Positions 52,247 to 64,000 of a DNA stretch of 64,000 bases are shown here, piece by piece; position 1 is the first letter of the stretch; each line of letters opens with the position of its first letter. Made by a program: the position numbers and the translations under genes. Source of the DNA: Holothuria leucospilota (taxonomy: Eukaryota). The notes below the pieces were generated by a model. The model was not told the origin of the DNA. It saw only the letters and a list, made by a program, of their open reading frames with translations, and made no database searches. The stretch spans positions 23,687,285 through 23,751,284 of the forward strand of contig CM055969.1 in the NCBI GenBank assembly GCA_029531755.1. The letters are read 5' to 3'.

Positions 52247-52800
52247 CTAGGAGGAGAAGGAAAAATACAAGAAATAACAGATGCAAGTCCAAACAGTTGT
52301 GGAAAGAACTTAAATCGCATGACAAAATTGCAAGTACCATGGATCAGACTTGTAGTGAGTATATACTTGTACTCACAGTTCTGCACAATTGTCTGTACTC
52401 ATACTTATGAGAATGAATTTATACTCATACTCATACTAACAACCAAAGATACTCTGCTTGTACTCATACTCATGACAATGTACTCACAGTACAAGTCTGC
52501 TATGGATGCCCCATAGTACCGCCAACACAACTGCCACTGTTGCCACTTTTTTGTCCAAAGCTGTACCAATATATATTGAGTCTGAACTTAATCTCATCAC
52601 AAGGAGTATCTTAAACTTTTCCATACAAACATTTAGATTTTATACCACAAAGGACAGACTTCTCTTTGATTATACATGAAAAAAGCAGTAAAATTAGTTA
52701 TCAGCAGTTCACACAAGTGGTTAGGGAAACATAAATATTACAGACAATGTTTCCACACTTCTAAGATTTATTCTAAAACCAGAATGCAAAAATGCATTGA

Positions 52801-55800
52801 GGTTTCGATGATATACTGTATGTTCTATTCCAAATAAAGCCAAGATGTCCCATACCTTTCAGTCAATGGTCAAATGCTATCTTAACATGTTGGAAAAATA
52901 CAGTTTTGTATTACTATTTAGTCTTGGGAATTCTGGGGAAATTTGCGTTTTGACCTCTGAAGACCCCAGATGATGATCTTGGGAATTCTTGGGAAATTTT
53001 GCTCTTTGACCTCTGGTGAACCCATGTGATATTCTTGGGAAATTTTGCTTTTTTTACCTCTGGTGACCCTAGATGACCTTTAAACTCCACCAAAAACAAT
53101 GGGGTACATCTTCTCACTATAACACATCAATTTACCACGTATGAAATCTATTCAAGCTTCCTACCTGGAGATATCATCTTGAAAAGGTTTTCAGACATTG
53201 ATCTCTGGTGACCCCAGATGACCTCTGACCTCCACCAAAAACAATAGGATTCATCTTCTCACTATAACGCATCTACATACTAAGTATGGAATCTATCCAA
53301 GCTTCCTACCTGGAGATATTGTGTTAACAAGATTTTCAGAGTTTAATCCCCAGTGACCCCAAAAGAACTTTGACCTCCACCAAAAATGATAGGATTCTTC
53401 CTCTTACTATAACGCATCTACATACAAAGTATGAAATTTATCCAAGCTTCCTACCTGGAGATATCAGGTTAACAAGGTTTTCAGGGTTTGACCCCTGGTG
53501 ACCTAAAATGACCTTTGACCTCCACCAAAAATGATAGGCTTCTTCCTCTTACCATAATACATCTACATACAAAGTATGAAATTCATCCAAGCTTTGTAAC
53601 TCACGTTATTGTGTTAACAAGATTTTCAGGGTTTGACCCCCGGTGACCCCAGATGACCTTTCACCTCCATCGAAAATGATACTGTTCTTCCTCTTACCAT
53701 AACGCATCTATATACAAAGTATGAAATTCATCCAGGCTTCCTACCTCGAGATATTGTGTTAACAAGGTTTTCAAAGTTTGACCCCCGGTGACCCCAGGTG
53801 ACCTTCGATCCCCACCAAAAACAATAGGGTTCTTCCTCTTAGTATGGGGCATCTATGTACCAAGTTTGAGAACTGTCACAGTTTCCCTTCTTGAAATATC
53901 GTGTTAACGAAGTTTTCAGGGTTTGACCCTCAGTGACCCCAGATGACCTTTCACCTCCACCAAAAATAATAGGATTCTTCCTCATACCATAATGCATCTA
54001 CATACAAAGTATGAAATTCATCCAAGCTTCCTACCTCAAGATATTGTGTTAACAAGGTTTTCAGAGTTTGACCCCCGGTGACCCCAGGTGACCTTTGACC
54101 CCCACCAAAAACAATAGAGTTCCTCCTCTTAATATGGGACATCTATGTACCAAGTTTGAGAACTGTCACAGTTTCCCTTCTTGAAATATCGTGTTAAAGA
54201 AGTCTTCAGGGTTTGACCCCCGGTGACCCCAGATGACCTTTCACCTCCACCAAAAATAATAAGGTTCTTCCTCATACCATAATGCATCTACATACAAAGT
54301 ATGAAATTCATCCAGGCTTCCTACCTCGAGATATTGTGTTAACAAGGTCTTCAAAGTTTGACCCCCGGTGACCCCAGGTGACCTTTGACCCCCACCAAAA
54401 ACAATAGAGTTCCTCCTCTTAATATGGGACATCTATGTACCAAGTTTGAGAACTGTCACAGTTTCCCTTCTTGAAATATCGTGTTAAAGAAGTCTTCAGG
54501 GTTTGACCCCCGGTGACCCCAGATGACCTTTCACCTCCACCAAAAATAATAAGGTTCTTCCTCATACCATAATGCATCTACATACAAAGTATGAAATTCA
54601 TCCAGGCTTCCTACCTCGAGATATTGTGTTAACAAGGTTTTCAAAGTTTGACCCCTGGTGACCCCAGGTGACCTTTGACCCCCACCAAAAACAATAGGGT
54701 TCTTCCTCTTAATATGGGACATCTATGTACCAAGTTTGAGAACTGTCACAGTTTCCCTTCTTGAGATATCGTGTTAACGAAGTTTTCAGGGTTTGACCCC
54801 CGGTGACCCCAGATGACCTTTCACCTCCACCAAAAATGATAGGGTTCTTCCTCATACCATAACGCATCTACATACAAAATATGAAATTCATCCAAGCTTC
54901 CTACCTCAAGATATTGTGTTAACAAGGTTTTCAGAGTTTGACCCCCGGTGACCCCAGGTGACCTTTGACCCCCACCAAAAACAATAGGGTTCTTCTTCTC
55001 AATATGGGGCATCTATGTACCAAGTTTGAGAACTGTCACAGTTTCCCTTCTTGAAATATCGTGTTAACGAAGTTTTCAGGGTTTGACCCTCAGTGACCCC
55101 AGATGACCTTTCACCTCCACCAAAAATAATAGGATTCTTCCTCATACCATAATGCATCTACATACAAAGTATGAAATTCATCCAAGCTTCCTACCTCAAG
55201 ATATTGTGTTAACAAGGTTTTCAGAGTTTGACCCCCGGTGACCCCAGGTGACCTTTGACCCCCACCAAAAACAATAGAGTTCCTCCTCTTAATATGGGAC
55301 ATCTATGTACCAAGTTTGAGAACTGTCACAGTTTCCCTTCTTGAGATATCGTGTTAAAGAAGTTTTCAGGGTTTGACCCCCGGTGACCCCAGATGACCTT
55401 TCACCTCCACCAAAAATAATAGGGTTCTTCCTCATACAATAATGCATCTACATACAAAGTATGAAATTCATCCAGGCTTCCTACCTCGAGATATTGTGTT
55501 AACAAGGTTTTCAAAGTTTGACCCCTGGTGACCCCAGGTGACCTTTGACCCCCACCAAAAACAATAGGGTTCTTCCTCTTAATATGGGACATCTATGTAC
55601 CAAGTTTGAGAACTGTCACAGTTTCCCTTCTTGAGATATCGTGTTAACGAAGTTTTCAGGGTTTGGCCCCCGGTGACCCCAGATGACCTTTCACCTCCAC
55701 CAAAAATGATAGGGTTCTTCCTCATACCATAACGCATCTACATACAAAATATGAAATTCATCCAAGCTTCCTACCTCAAGATATTGTGTTAACAAGGTTT

Positions 55801-56077
55801 TCAGAGTTTGACCCCCGGTGACCCCAGGTGACCTTTGACCCCCACCAAAAACAATAGGGTTCTTCTTCTCAATATGGGGCATCTATGTACCAAGTTTGAG
55901 AACTGTCAGAGTTTCCCTTCTTGAGATATCGTGTTAACGAGCAAAGTGTCACAAACACACATACACACACACACACACACATACACACACACACATACAC
56001 ACACACACACGAACATACACACATACATACACACACACGCCATCATGAATGCATAGGTTTCTCTTATCATCGAAACC
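52801..56077 (-). mobile_element. Family B composite element, copy 2, carrying a greatly expanded satellite array: about 10 x 290-bp dimers, ~66-bp subrepeats at 52920-53060, and (AC)n at 55935-56040
   Basis: Termini ggtttcgatgata (52801-52813) and tatcatcgaaacc (56065-56077). Seven identical or near-identical artefact ORFs recur at exactly 290-bp spacing (53951, 54241, ... 55691), with identical pairs 1,160 bp apart (53951=55111; 54821=55691). Confidence 0.8.
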
Positions 56078-56162
56078 AAAAACAGCTTGCAATTTCTGTA
56101 AAAGTGCAATCGTTTCCTTGAAATCGCCCTCTTGAATACTGCAATTTCTCTAATCTTCTTAC

Positions 56163-56291
56163 CAAGTATTCACCATTGTCAGACCAGGCACAAGATGTAA
56201 TCCAGTCTTTATGACAGCTGTGTAATCTCATCTCTGCATCATTTTTACTTTTCTTCAGACTTCGTGAATCAGTTGCCCAAATTACTATCAT
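56163..56291 (-). CDS. WD40 exon; MIVIWATDSRSLKKSKNDAEMRLHSCHKDWITSCAWSDNGEYL
   Basis: Acceptor tttttttgaag|, donor GTAAGA. Lies immediately 3' of the 3.3-kb satellite-bearing element, which is intronic. Confidence 0.75.
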
Positions 56292-56925
56292 CTTCAAAAA
56301 AAGAAGTATCACTATGAAAAAAGTATCTTACAAGTGTAAAGGGGGGGGGGAAGGACACAATAGGGTGCTGTTATGGAGGCAAATGCACTTCCCACAGCTG
56401 CAAGAAATGAGGCCCTCCCCTCATCACCTATAAAAACTGAACAGTGTGGATGCAATACAAATTGTACAGAATTACAAAAATCATGTCCTTTATGAGAAAA
56501 TTCAGTACCTTCAAAAATCCTTAAGTGCATTATCCACACTGTCATTCTACATTCAAATTGAAAGTTGACCTATCCGTAGTTACTGACTCAAGAATAGTGA
56601 TACTGGTCCTCTTTGGCACAGGTGATCCTTTCCTTCCCCAAGCAAATTTTGCAACCACCTCACAGAAGATGTACATAAATCTTGAGCATGTTCACAGATC
56701 ACCATCACTTCTTGGTAGATCATATAGTGATACACAGACCATGGGATGCCTAACATACCTTCAGAATACTGTTACAACTGGAAACTGCTTACTTGTCTCT
56801 GGTATCATGATTATTAAGTGTTACCTTTATGGTTATTACATGTCAAGAAAGCACACTACGGTACACTTTAACAAGTCAGTTTCTGCTATAAATCTTACAA
56901 AGCACACAGAGACCAGTTTGCCTAC

Positions 56926-57028
56926 CTTGTCTCTCGTCACAGCAGCCAGCTGCCTGCTGTCTGGACTGAATGCTATGTCACTGATAGGTGCTGCACTTTC
57001 AGCATACAATGTACATAGTAACAAAGGC
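56926..57028 (-). CDS. WD40 exon; (T)PLLLCTLYAESAAPISDIAFSPDSRQLAAVTRDK
   Basis: Strong acceptor tttctcttacag|, donor GTAGGC. Phase matches the upstream exon. Confidence 0.75.
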
Positions 57029-57654
57029 CTGTAAGAGAAATTTACATGAGATTGCTGATGAAACTCACAACCACAGCACACAAAATGAGAGCCAGGATAA
57101 TTCATAAACAAAGTTATTACTGAATTTCATTCCAGATTCACCAACAAATACACACACCTACTAACATTCATGCTGAATGACAGCTAATAATTCCTTAAAA
57201 GACATAATAGCAACAAAGTTTATGACAAGACAAAAGTATCACAAACACTGTTCAACTTCTACCTACCTACAAGCAGCTATTTCTTGACAGTATGTCCAAC
57301 ACTAAGGATTAGGGAAAGAAGGCATGGACCCCAAAAATTTGTCAAACAAATATTTTCAAGTAGGCTTCACAATAATCCAACTAAGACATAAACCCATGAT
57401 CTTTTAAGAGTCTTCATCATTCACCAATGGTGACAAGATTTCAGCAGCCATTTACACCATTAAGGCAACCACTTGACCATAAACCATTAAGAAAGCTCCA
57501 CAAAGTATATGTCAAATATCATATTGCTTACAGCTGTGACATTTTGCAAACCATAATCCACAGAAATAATACATTTCCCCACAGATGCATAGAAACAAAG
57601 TCATCCACTAGTATTGACATGGTTCCAACAAACTTATACCATAAACAAACTTAC

Positions 57655-57818
57655 GTCACCATACGTTTCTTAACTTCATCAAGCTCCCAGATCATGACTG
57701 TAGCATTCTCAAAGGCAGCTGCAGACAAATTAGATTTGCTTCCAGCTGCTACTGCCATCACTGGTATGTGAGCGGTTGTTAAATTTGTCCAATGAGAACC
57801 ATCCTCTCCTGACAGAAT
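57655..57818 (-). CDS. WD40 exon; ILSGEDGSHWTNLTTAHIPVMAVAAGSKSNLSAAAFENATVMIWELDEVKKRMV(T)
   Basis: Acceptor ttataacag|, donor GTAAGT. Ends in phase 2. Confidence 0.75.
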
Positions 57819-58263
57819 CTGTTATAAGAATACAAGAGAAGTCTGGCTTTCTTTAATTCTGGCCTTCTTTGAAACCAAATCATGTGTAAGTTTATCAGTG
57901 TCCTATTAAGGATTTTCTTTCTTAACATATGCATTCAGTTCACTTCACAGTACTTGTATCAACTTCACACATGCAAAAACAGTATTAAAAACTTTTATAC
58001 TTTCCTTATTTTCACTATTCACTTTTTATTCTGTGTTTGATTTTTATGTATAAGTATGAATATCATGCTGATTCTCTTAATATGAGTACAATGGGAAATT
58101 AAATTCTTTCACAGTTTGTGAAACTGATTTGAAACTTTTGCAGATTTGTCTGCTTGCTGTCACCAGAGAAAGTCGGTATGTATGCAACAATATTGAACTT
58201 CACAACTATCAACCCCTCCCCCCAATTATATCAAATAAAAAAAATAACAAATTAAGGCTATAC

Positions 58264-58527
58264 CTCCAAAATGCCAGACTGGTATCCTACTAAGATACAT
58301 TTCACACTGTAATTGACCAGACACCAAGCTAGCCCACACACTCTAGATTCTTGGTGCTGAACTTCAAATCTGATCTTCTTCAAAGTGACTTCCATCACTG
58401 ACACTACACCATTGTGAAAACCTGTTACTAGACACGCATCTTCCGGACTGAAGGCACAGACAGTTGCAGGAGGCTTGCCATGGAGACTCTTAGAGTAAAG
58501 CTGTCTGCCAAGAGTTCCAGACCAGAC
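58264..58527 (-). CDS. WD40 exon; VWSGTLGRQLYSKSLHGKPPATVCAFSPEDACLVTGFHNGVVSVMEV...CILVGYQSGILE
   Basis: An 88-codon open frame. Acceptor ttttccctccag|, donor GTATAG. Continues the repeat begun in the previous exon (..DDHSLK|VWSG..). Confidence 0.75.
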
Positions 58528-59138
58528 CTGGAGGGAAAATAGTGATCCAACCATTATGATTACCAGTCTTTTCTCGCACTTACAGGAAACTCCCTTGACT
58601 TGACTATCCCCAAAATTAGTAACAATAAGAGAATGTGTATTCCTTATTCAATAAAACACAATGGAAATAACTCACATACACAGTTCCCAGGCTCACACAG
58701 GTAGAGAGAAAACTATCAGATCTCAGTAATTGTGGGAAATATGGAGTGCCAGAATTGCAAAATTTTGGAAGTAATAACAATAGAATAGGAAAATGACAAT
58801 TAATTGAAACATGAATATACAATAATATTATTTTCAGACCCATCCCAAACTCCTTCCCAAATGAAGTGGGGGCATTAAAAGAGAACATAAGGACAAAATA
58901 TCTAGAATCAGAAAGCTTTAGCCAGCGATGAGCTTCACACTATTACATCATTTTAACCATAATTTACACTGTTTCTGTAGAGTAATGTGCCTTAATCCAA
59001 AAAATGTGAAAAACTGAAAAGCCTCATCAAAAAATTCATCCCAAGGAGAACACTAATAACTTATAAACATTTATTACAGCATTCTCAAGCACATGAATAT
59101 GGAATACAAAACATGGTCATCAGTAACCATTGACCTAC

Positions 59139-59237
59139 CTTCAAGCTGTGGTCATCACTGACAGTAACCAATTCCAGACCTGAAGGAGCAAATCGCAGCT
59201 GGTTGATTGGTTGACTGTGACCTTTCAAACATCCAAC
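59139..59237 (-). CDS. WD40 exon; VGCLKGHSQPINQLRFAPSGLELVTVSDDHSLK
   Basis: Acceptor tattcatag|, donor GTAGGT. Phase 0 on both sides. Confidence 0.8.
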
Positions 59238-59934
59238 CTATGAATACAAAGAAATAAAACACAACGGCTCACTTCAGCTTTGTTTCATATTTACTATTAA
59301 TTATCTTCAAATGCTCCAATTGTGCTCATTACAATTCTATTTATCTCTTAAAGGTAAACATTTCATTCATTTAACAGAAAAATTTTCAAATATTAAAAAC
59401 TGATGTTTATAGATACAGAATGATAGATAATTCAGACTAAGGCAATATGGTAGCTTTGTAGCTTTCTTTTCCAGAAATATGGTAACTTTCTTTCTCATAG
59501 AAAAAGAAATTCAATTACTTGTTGCTCAGGAATAATTTGTTTGCCAAAACTTTCAAAAATTCAAATGATGCAACTTCCATGACTCAATGCATAATATTTT
59601 GAGGAGATAAAGCTATTGCTGGAGAGTTTATTGGTAAGACTGAATGGTGAGATAATGATTAAATCTATTTTCTTTGTATGTCATGTTAATGCATTTTAAA
59701 CCCAATATTTCCCTATAAGCCTGTTCATCCCTAAAATACTCAACTCCAATTTTTCTTCCATTTTTCATTTTTTTTAACATGTGCCCTTGGCAATGCATAT
59801 TTTTGAACTACATGCACTAATGGTGGCATTTCCCTTTCCAATTCTCACATGTTAGCCCTAGGGGTTGAAATGTTGTCAGGAATCAAAATAAGGTTTGGGA
59901 AATACTGAATAACAGTCACAAAAGGAGTATATTT

Positions 59935-61525
59935 TAGGGGTCAACCGATAATCGGATCGGACATCGGGCCGATGTTTAGGACAATCGACAAAACATCAGA
60001 TCAGTGAAATATAGCAAATTGCACTTGCCGATGTTCCATGAGTCGAAAATTTCATTCAAGTACATCAGGGGACATATAGTGATAGTGGTTTCTTACAACA
60101 CAGAAATGAACAGATAAATAGGATTAATCATTTTACTACGACCGACAATAGCCCTTGTGATCGAATAGAGCTGTCAATTTCTGTTTAATTTCCTAAATTC
60201 CGTATCAACAGTGTAATGCATAAACTGGCTCTACTGACAAGCACTATGATATTCGCAATATGCACAAGCTTTAAAATCTGTACGTAGAGTCTAGCCATCA
60301 TGTCACCCACTTTTTTTCAATTCACCGAAATTTATCAATGAATGAAACACAGTGTGGAATTCACAGTCATTGATTGTATGTTTGATATAGGGCCGAAATG
60401 TACGCAAACATGGATACCTTATGCATGTCAGTGTTCGGTACAGAGAAGTTAAAGTGAAATACACCATGAAAGCACAGTAAAGCCAGTGCATGTGTAGGTC
60501 TGTAATTGTATGCAAACACCCATACATTAGGCTATGCACCTGCTCTGTAATGACGTTGACGTACATAGCAAGAACATGGGGCATGGTCCGGGAAATAACA
60601 GTGTTTTTCGATCACTGCTTATACGACTAAATTTCCAGTTGTTTTAGTTGTTACATCATAGTTTGCAGTAGTTATTACAGATGCTTTTTATGTAAGACAT
60701 GCATGTTCATTTGTGTGAAATTAAGTGTGCCATGTACTTTTATGACTTTCATAATAAACAATGTCTGCAACATCACCCTGATACCCAAAACTTGTACTAG
60801 CTGCATAACTTTGCACACAGCACCCTCTCTAGCCAGCATGCATGGAACAAATATTTACGTACGGACATATAGTACATGCATGCAACACTCAAAACAAATT
60901 TACACGTGTAAGCCTAACAATCTGTTTATGTGTAGGTAAAGCATTGTAGGATGGTGCGAAATGGGCAAGTACATGCACTGAAATATCGCTGGCTAATTTG
61001 GTTTTAACGTTCATTAGTGTGAGCGACTTTGGCTACAAACAGAGAACATGTGAATCAATTTGTTAAGCCCCATCGTGTACAGTTTATAAGCAGATTTGGG
61101 CTACTGCTACGAACAGGATAACAAAGGTATTGCATTTTGTAGGTGAATAAGTAGGATTACTGTGAGTAGGTTAAAGTCAGTTCAATCACAGAATTATGTG
61201 CTATGAATGAAGAGTCACCGATAGTCTGCCAACTGCTTATTTTCAAAGCTTTATTTGGTCACTGAATTGTCATATAAGCATTGTTTTGTGAATGAAAGGT
61301 ATCAAAGCAAAACACAGGGGAAAAATACTAAACTTCCATTTTTTAAAGGCAAATTTGTTTACGCCGATATACATGCTCAGGAATAAGGAATGTTTGATCG
61401 CACTGTTAAACGACGTAAAAAGCACTGATAGTGAAAATATCAGATCAGATCGGATACCGGCCAATGTTGTGATAAAAACATCGCACATTGGATCGGCAGC
61501 AAAAAAACACATCGGTTGAGCCCTA
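59935..61525. mobile_element. Nonautonomous hAT-like DNA transposon (MITE, 1,591 bp). TIRs TAGGG(G/C)TCAACCGAT; 8-bp TSD gtatattt / ctatattt.
   Basis: The left end taggggtcaaccgataatcgg is the inverse of the right end ..atcggttgagcccta. The flanking 8-mers at 59927-59934 and 61526-61533 match at 7 of 8 positions. No transposase ORF inside. Intronic in the WD40 gene. Confidence 0.65.
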
Positions 61526-61687
61526 CTATATTTTTCCTTACACATTTCAGTTCGTTTCAACTTTCTATGCAGTGGCTAGACTATGACAACTGACTCACTT
61601 AATTCTTGACAACTCCATGAATTGCATTTTCATCGTAAATTAACCTCACAAGCAAGTTACATGTTGCCAAGGCAACCATTAACTTAC

Positions 61688-61807
61688 CATAACACCAGTA
61701 TTAGCAGACCACATCATAACCGCACCATCCAAAGATGCTGAAGCCAGATAAACATCATTCGGTGACCAGGCAACAGATCTAACAGCTGACTTGTGGCCTC
61801 TTAGAAC
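61688..61807 (-). CDS. WD40 exon; VLRGHKSAVRSVAWSPNDVYLASASLDGAVMMWSANTGVM
   Basis: Textbook WD repeat. Acceptor cttattatag|, donor GTAAGT. Phase 0 on both sides. Confidence 0.85.
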
Positions 61808-62335
61808 CTATAATAAGTACACAGAACAGAAGCATGTTATTTCCTTTTATGGAAGGATTCTACAGAAATAATACTAACACCTATAGACCAAAGTTTCTTG
61901 AAAAACAATATCCTTTTAAACCTACTGGTCAAAAAACCTAAAAATTTCACACAGAAAGACTTCAAAACAGTTGGTTGACTGAGTAAGACACAAAGTACAG
62001 CTTTCCAGTCCTCATCCCCTCCCAGATCTCCCCTCCCTCCTCCATCTTCCTTTTCCCCACCTACCCTGCCTACCTCTTTCTCCCACAAACCACACCACTC
62101 CCCTTATACTGTACTTGTCATAGATGACAAACAAAACCTAACATTTAAAGCCTAAAGAACAAATTGCCTGTCTTGCAAGTTTTTTTCCTGCTTGTTCAGT
62201 AATTACATCCTAACTTTGGGTCATCCTAAAATGATACAATGTCCAAAGTTATCCTAAGTATGTTCCCTTTGCAATAAATTGACATCCATCCACTTTACTA
62301 AAATGGCTTTCCTAAAACAAGTAACGATTTCTTAC

Positions 62336-62591
62336 TGCCAATCTCTTCTTGTCAACAGAGTCCCAAATCTTCAATGTAGAATCCCAGCTTGCTGTTACAA
62401 CCTTTCTCCCACCACTATGAAAGGCCACACAGTTGATGGGCCTCTTCTCATATAGGGTACAGACCAGACTGCCATTGCGTCCATCCCATAGTTTCACCGA
62501 ACAATCCCAAGATGCTGATGCTATCATGCTGCCCCCTTTATCTGCACAGCACCAACTAACTTGTCGACGATGGTCTTTCATCTGGGATAAT
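62336..62591 (-). CDS. WD40 exon; (R)LSQMKDHRRQVSWCCADKGGSMIASASWDCSVKLWDGRNGSLVCTLYEKRPINCVAFHSGGRKVVTASWDSTLKIWDSVDKKRLA
   Basis: Two WD repeats (SWDCSVKLWD, SWDSTLKIWD). Acceptor caatgtag| in phase 1 completes the Arg codon from the previous exon. Donor GTAAGA. Confidence 0.8.
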
Positions 62592-62988
62592 CTACATTGC
62601 AAAACAACATCACAAAATGCTTGCAAAATATTGAAAGAATATTACCACTGTTGTCTACAAGCACTTCCAAAAAATATCAAATTTTGCTGTTTCTATCATT
62701 TTTAAAATTATGATCTGTTTCAAAATTCCAAACTCATCAAGCTTATTTTATTGGTATTGCCCATGAAACCTTTCAAATTGAATGTACCTGACACAGGATT
62801 CAGAATTTGGTAATTCATACCTGATAGTCCACACCTACTCACAAGGACAAAACATGACAACCAAAAAAAATTTCAATAACACATCTATACAACAGCCAGT
62901 GACAAAATCTAGCATCCCAGGTTTAAATTATTAATTATGTGGACATTTCCTGAATAAAACCAAGAGTTCAATATTCTATAAAACTTAC

Positions 62989-63113
62989 CTATGGCCCTGC
63001 TGGAGATCCCAAAGACTGAGTTGTCCATCTCGGGATGCAGACACTAGACGATCCTTCCCAACAAAACATATGCTTGTAATAGCATCAGAGTGGCCATGGA
63101 AACTTCTATATTC
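62989..63113 (-). CDS. WD40 exon; EYRSFHGHSDAITSICFVGKDRLVSASRDGQLSLWDLQQGH(R)
   Basis: Canonical GH...WD repeat. Acceptor ttttaacag|, donor GTAAGT. Ends in phase 2. Confidence 0.8.
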
Positions 63114-63889
63114 CTGTTAAAACAACAAAAATAAGCTGAAACTTACATTACCATTACAGGTAGTACACCCTGATTAACCACTCAATTGTAGGCACAAATA
63201 GGGACAGTATTACCTCCAAGCAATTTTCTGTTGCCTGTGATGGTTCCAAAAAGCTCTCTAATGGTGCCACTTAATTTACTGTACATGTAGGTCATATTTG
63301 TGATAAGGACTTTTTCAATGCAACATACAGCCAAAGGTCACATAGACTGAAAGTTTCTGCCCTTTAACTTTCTACTTAACATGAAGTGTCAAATATTTAT
63401 TACAAGAAAACTATTTAAATATCTTTCATTGTTGTATCCCATGGATTTAGTAAAATCTGCAATTGTCCCAGTATGGTTTTATACACAAAACAAAAACAGA
63501 GATATCGTAAGTAACATGTACAAATTTTACAAGTTACTTGGACACTGGAATTCCAGTGTCTAAATTTTAAGATTTGCGACACAAATAGGACTGTATTTCT
63601 AATACATGCATATGGTTTGAAGCTAATCACTGAATCGTGTATAATCGTGTATAAGCTACAATGCTTGAAGATAACAGTTAGTATAACATACATCAAAATA
63701 CATGTCAACATGCGGTGCTCAGTAAAAAATTGTACCATAACCCATTCATCAGTTTCTTAACCCTTCTTGATTATTACTGTGACAGTGTCACATAAATAAG
63801 TAATTATACATGTTATCTCAACGTTACAAAATGACTCAAACAAGAACGCTATGAATCGTAACAATTTTTCTTCAAAAAACAGTTCAAAC

Positions 63890-63985
63890 CTTTCCTGTAT
63901 TCAGGTCATACACCTTCACAGTGGAGTCTTTGGTGCCGCAAGCAAAGAACTGATTGCCAGGAGACACATCTACACATGTGACAGG
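63890..63985 (-). CDS. Multi-WD40 protein exon (5'-most in the window; the gene continues beyond 64000); PVTCVDVSPGNQFFACGTKDSTVKVYDLNTGK
   Basis: WD40 blade. Acceptor ttctttcag|, donor GTTTGA. Phase 0 joins cleanly to the next exon (..NTGK|EYRSFHGH..). Confidence 0.7.
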
Positions 63986-64000
63986 CTGAAAGAAGAAAGG

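Noticed and set aside
52801-56077. A regularly spaced tandem array (290-bp period) with short conserved ORFs. Superficially CRISPR-like, or a multicopy small-protein gene.
   Set aside because: The repeats are 145/290 bp with no unique spacers. The context is spliced eukaryotic genes. The 63-aa ORFs are frame artefacts of the satellite (identical peptides recur because the DNA repeats) and have no start or stop logic.
1-64000. Prokaryotic-style interpretation (operons, RBS, defence systems) prompted by the ORF track
   Set aside because: Long introns with GT-AG boundaries and consistent phases, polyA signals, microsatellites and TE load show this is metazoan nuclear DNA. The dense ORF list is mostly noise.

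Overview
This is eukaryotic (metazoan) nuclear DNA, intron-rich and heavy with repeats. I saw no prokaryotic operon structure and no CRISPR array. Most ORFs in the six-frame track are artefacts of tandem repeats.

Three genes are supported:
- **MARS1-like gene (+ strand).** The 3' half of a cytoplasmic methionyl-tRNA synthetase gene: six exons over 2286-18558, ending in a lysine-rich WHEP-type tail, a stop at 18556-18558 and AATAAA at 18571.
- **NAT gene (- strand, 6706-7605).** An intronless arylamine N-acetyltransferase CDS lying antisense inside the 10.5-kb MARS intron 2. Cys, His and Asp residues sit at the positions expected for the catalytic triad.
- **Multi-WD40 gene (- strand).** At least 21 exons over 31444-63985. 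Every splice phase is mutually consistent, the stop codon is at 31444-31446, and the 5' end runs off the window. It encodes about 1,100 aa of WD40 repeats; I could not resolve its identity (TEP1/NWD-like is a guess).

The rest is dominated by nonautonomous mobile elements and satellites:
- **Families A and B.** Two related MITE-like composite element families with the layout terminal hairpin / TIR - (TG)n - ~145-bp satellite array - ~66-bp subrepeats - TIR.
  - Family A has complete copies at 43-1545 and 39459-40978, a satellite-free MITE form at 26653-26890, and a truncated copy at 30790-31206.
  - Family B has copies at 7677-8718 and 52801-56077. The second carries a ~3.3-kb array amplified as a 290-bp dimer arranged in ~1.16-kb higher-order repeats.
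- **Satellite monomers.** Each carries a cluster of AGGTCA nuclear-receptor half-sites in DR1/DR4 spacing.
- **Other elements.** These include an hAT-like MITE with a 7/8-matching 8-bp TSD, a 4.5-kb inverted-repeat element with (GAGTCC)n arms, a foldback element, a long palindrome, two tandem duplications and several dispersed repeat families.
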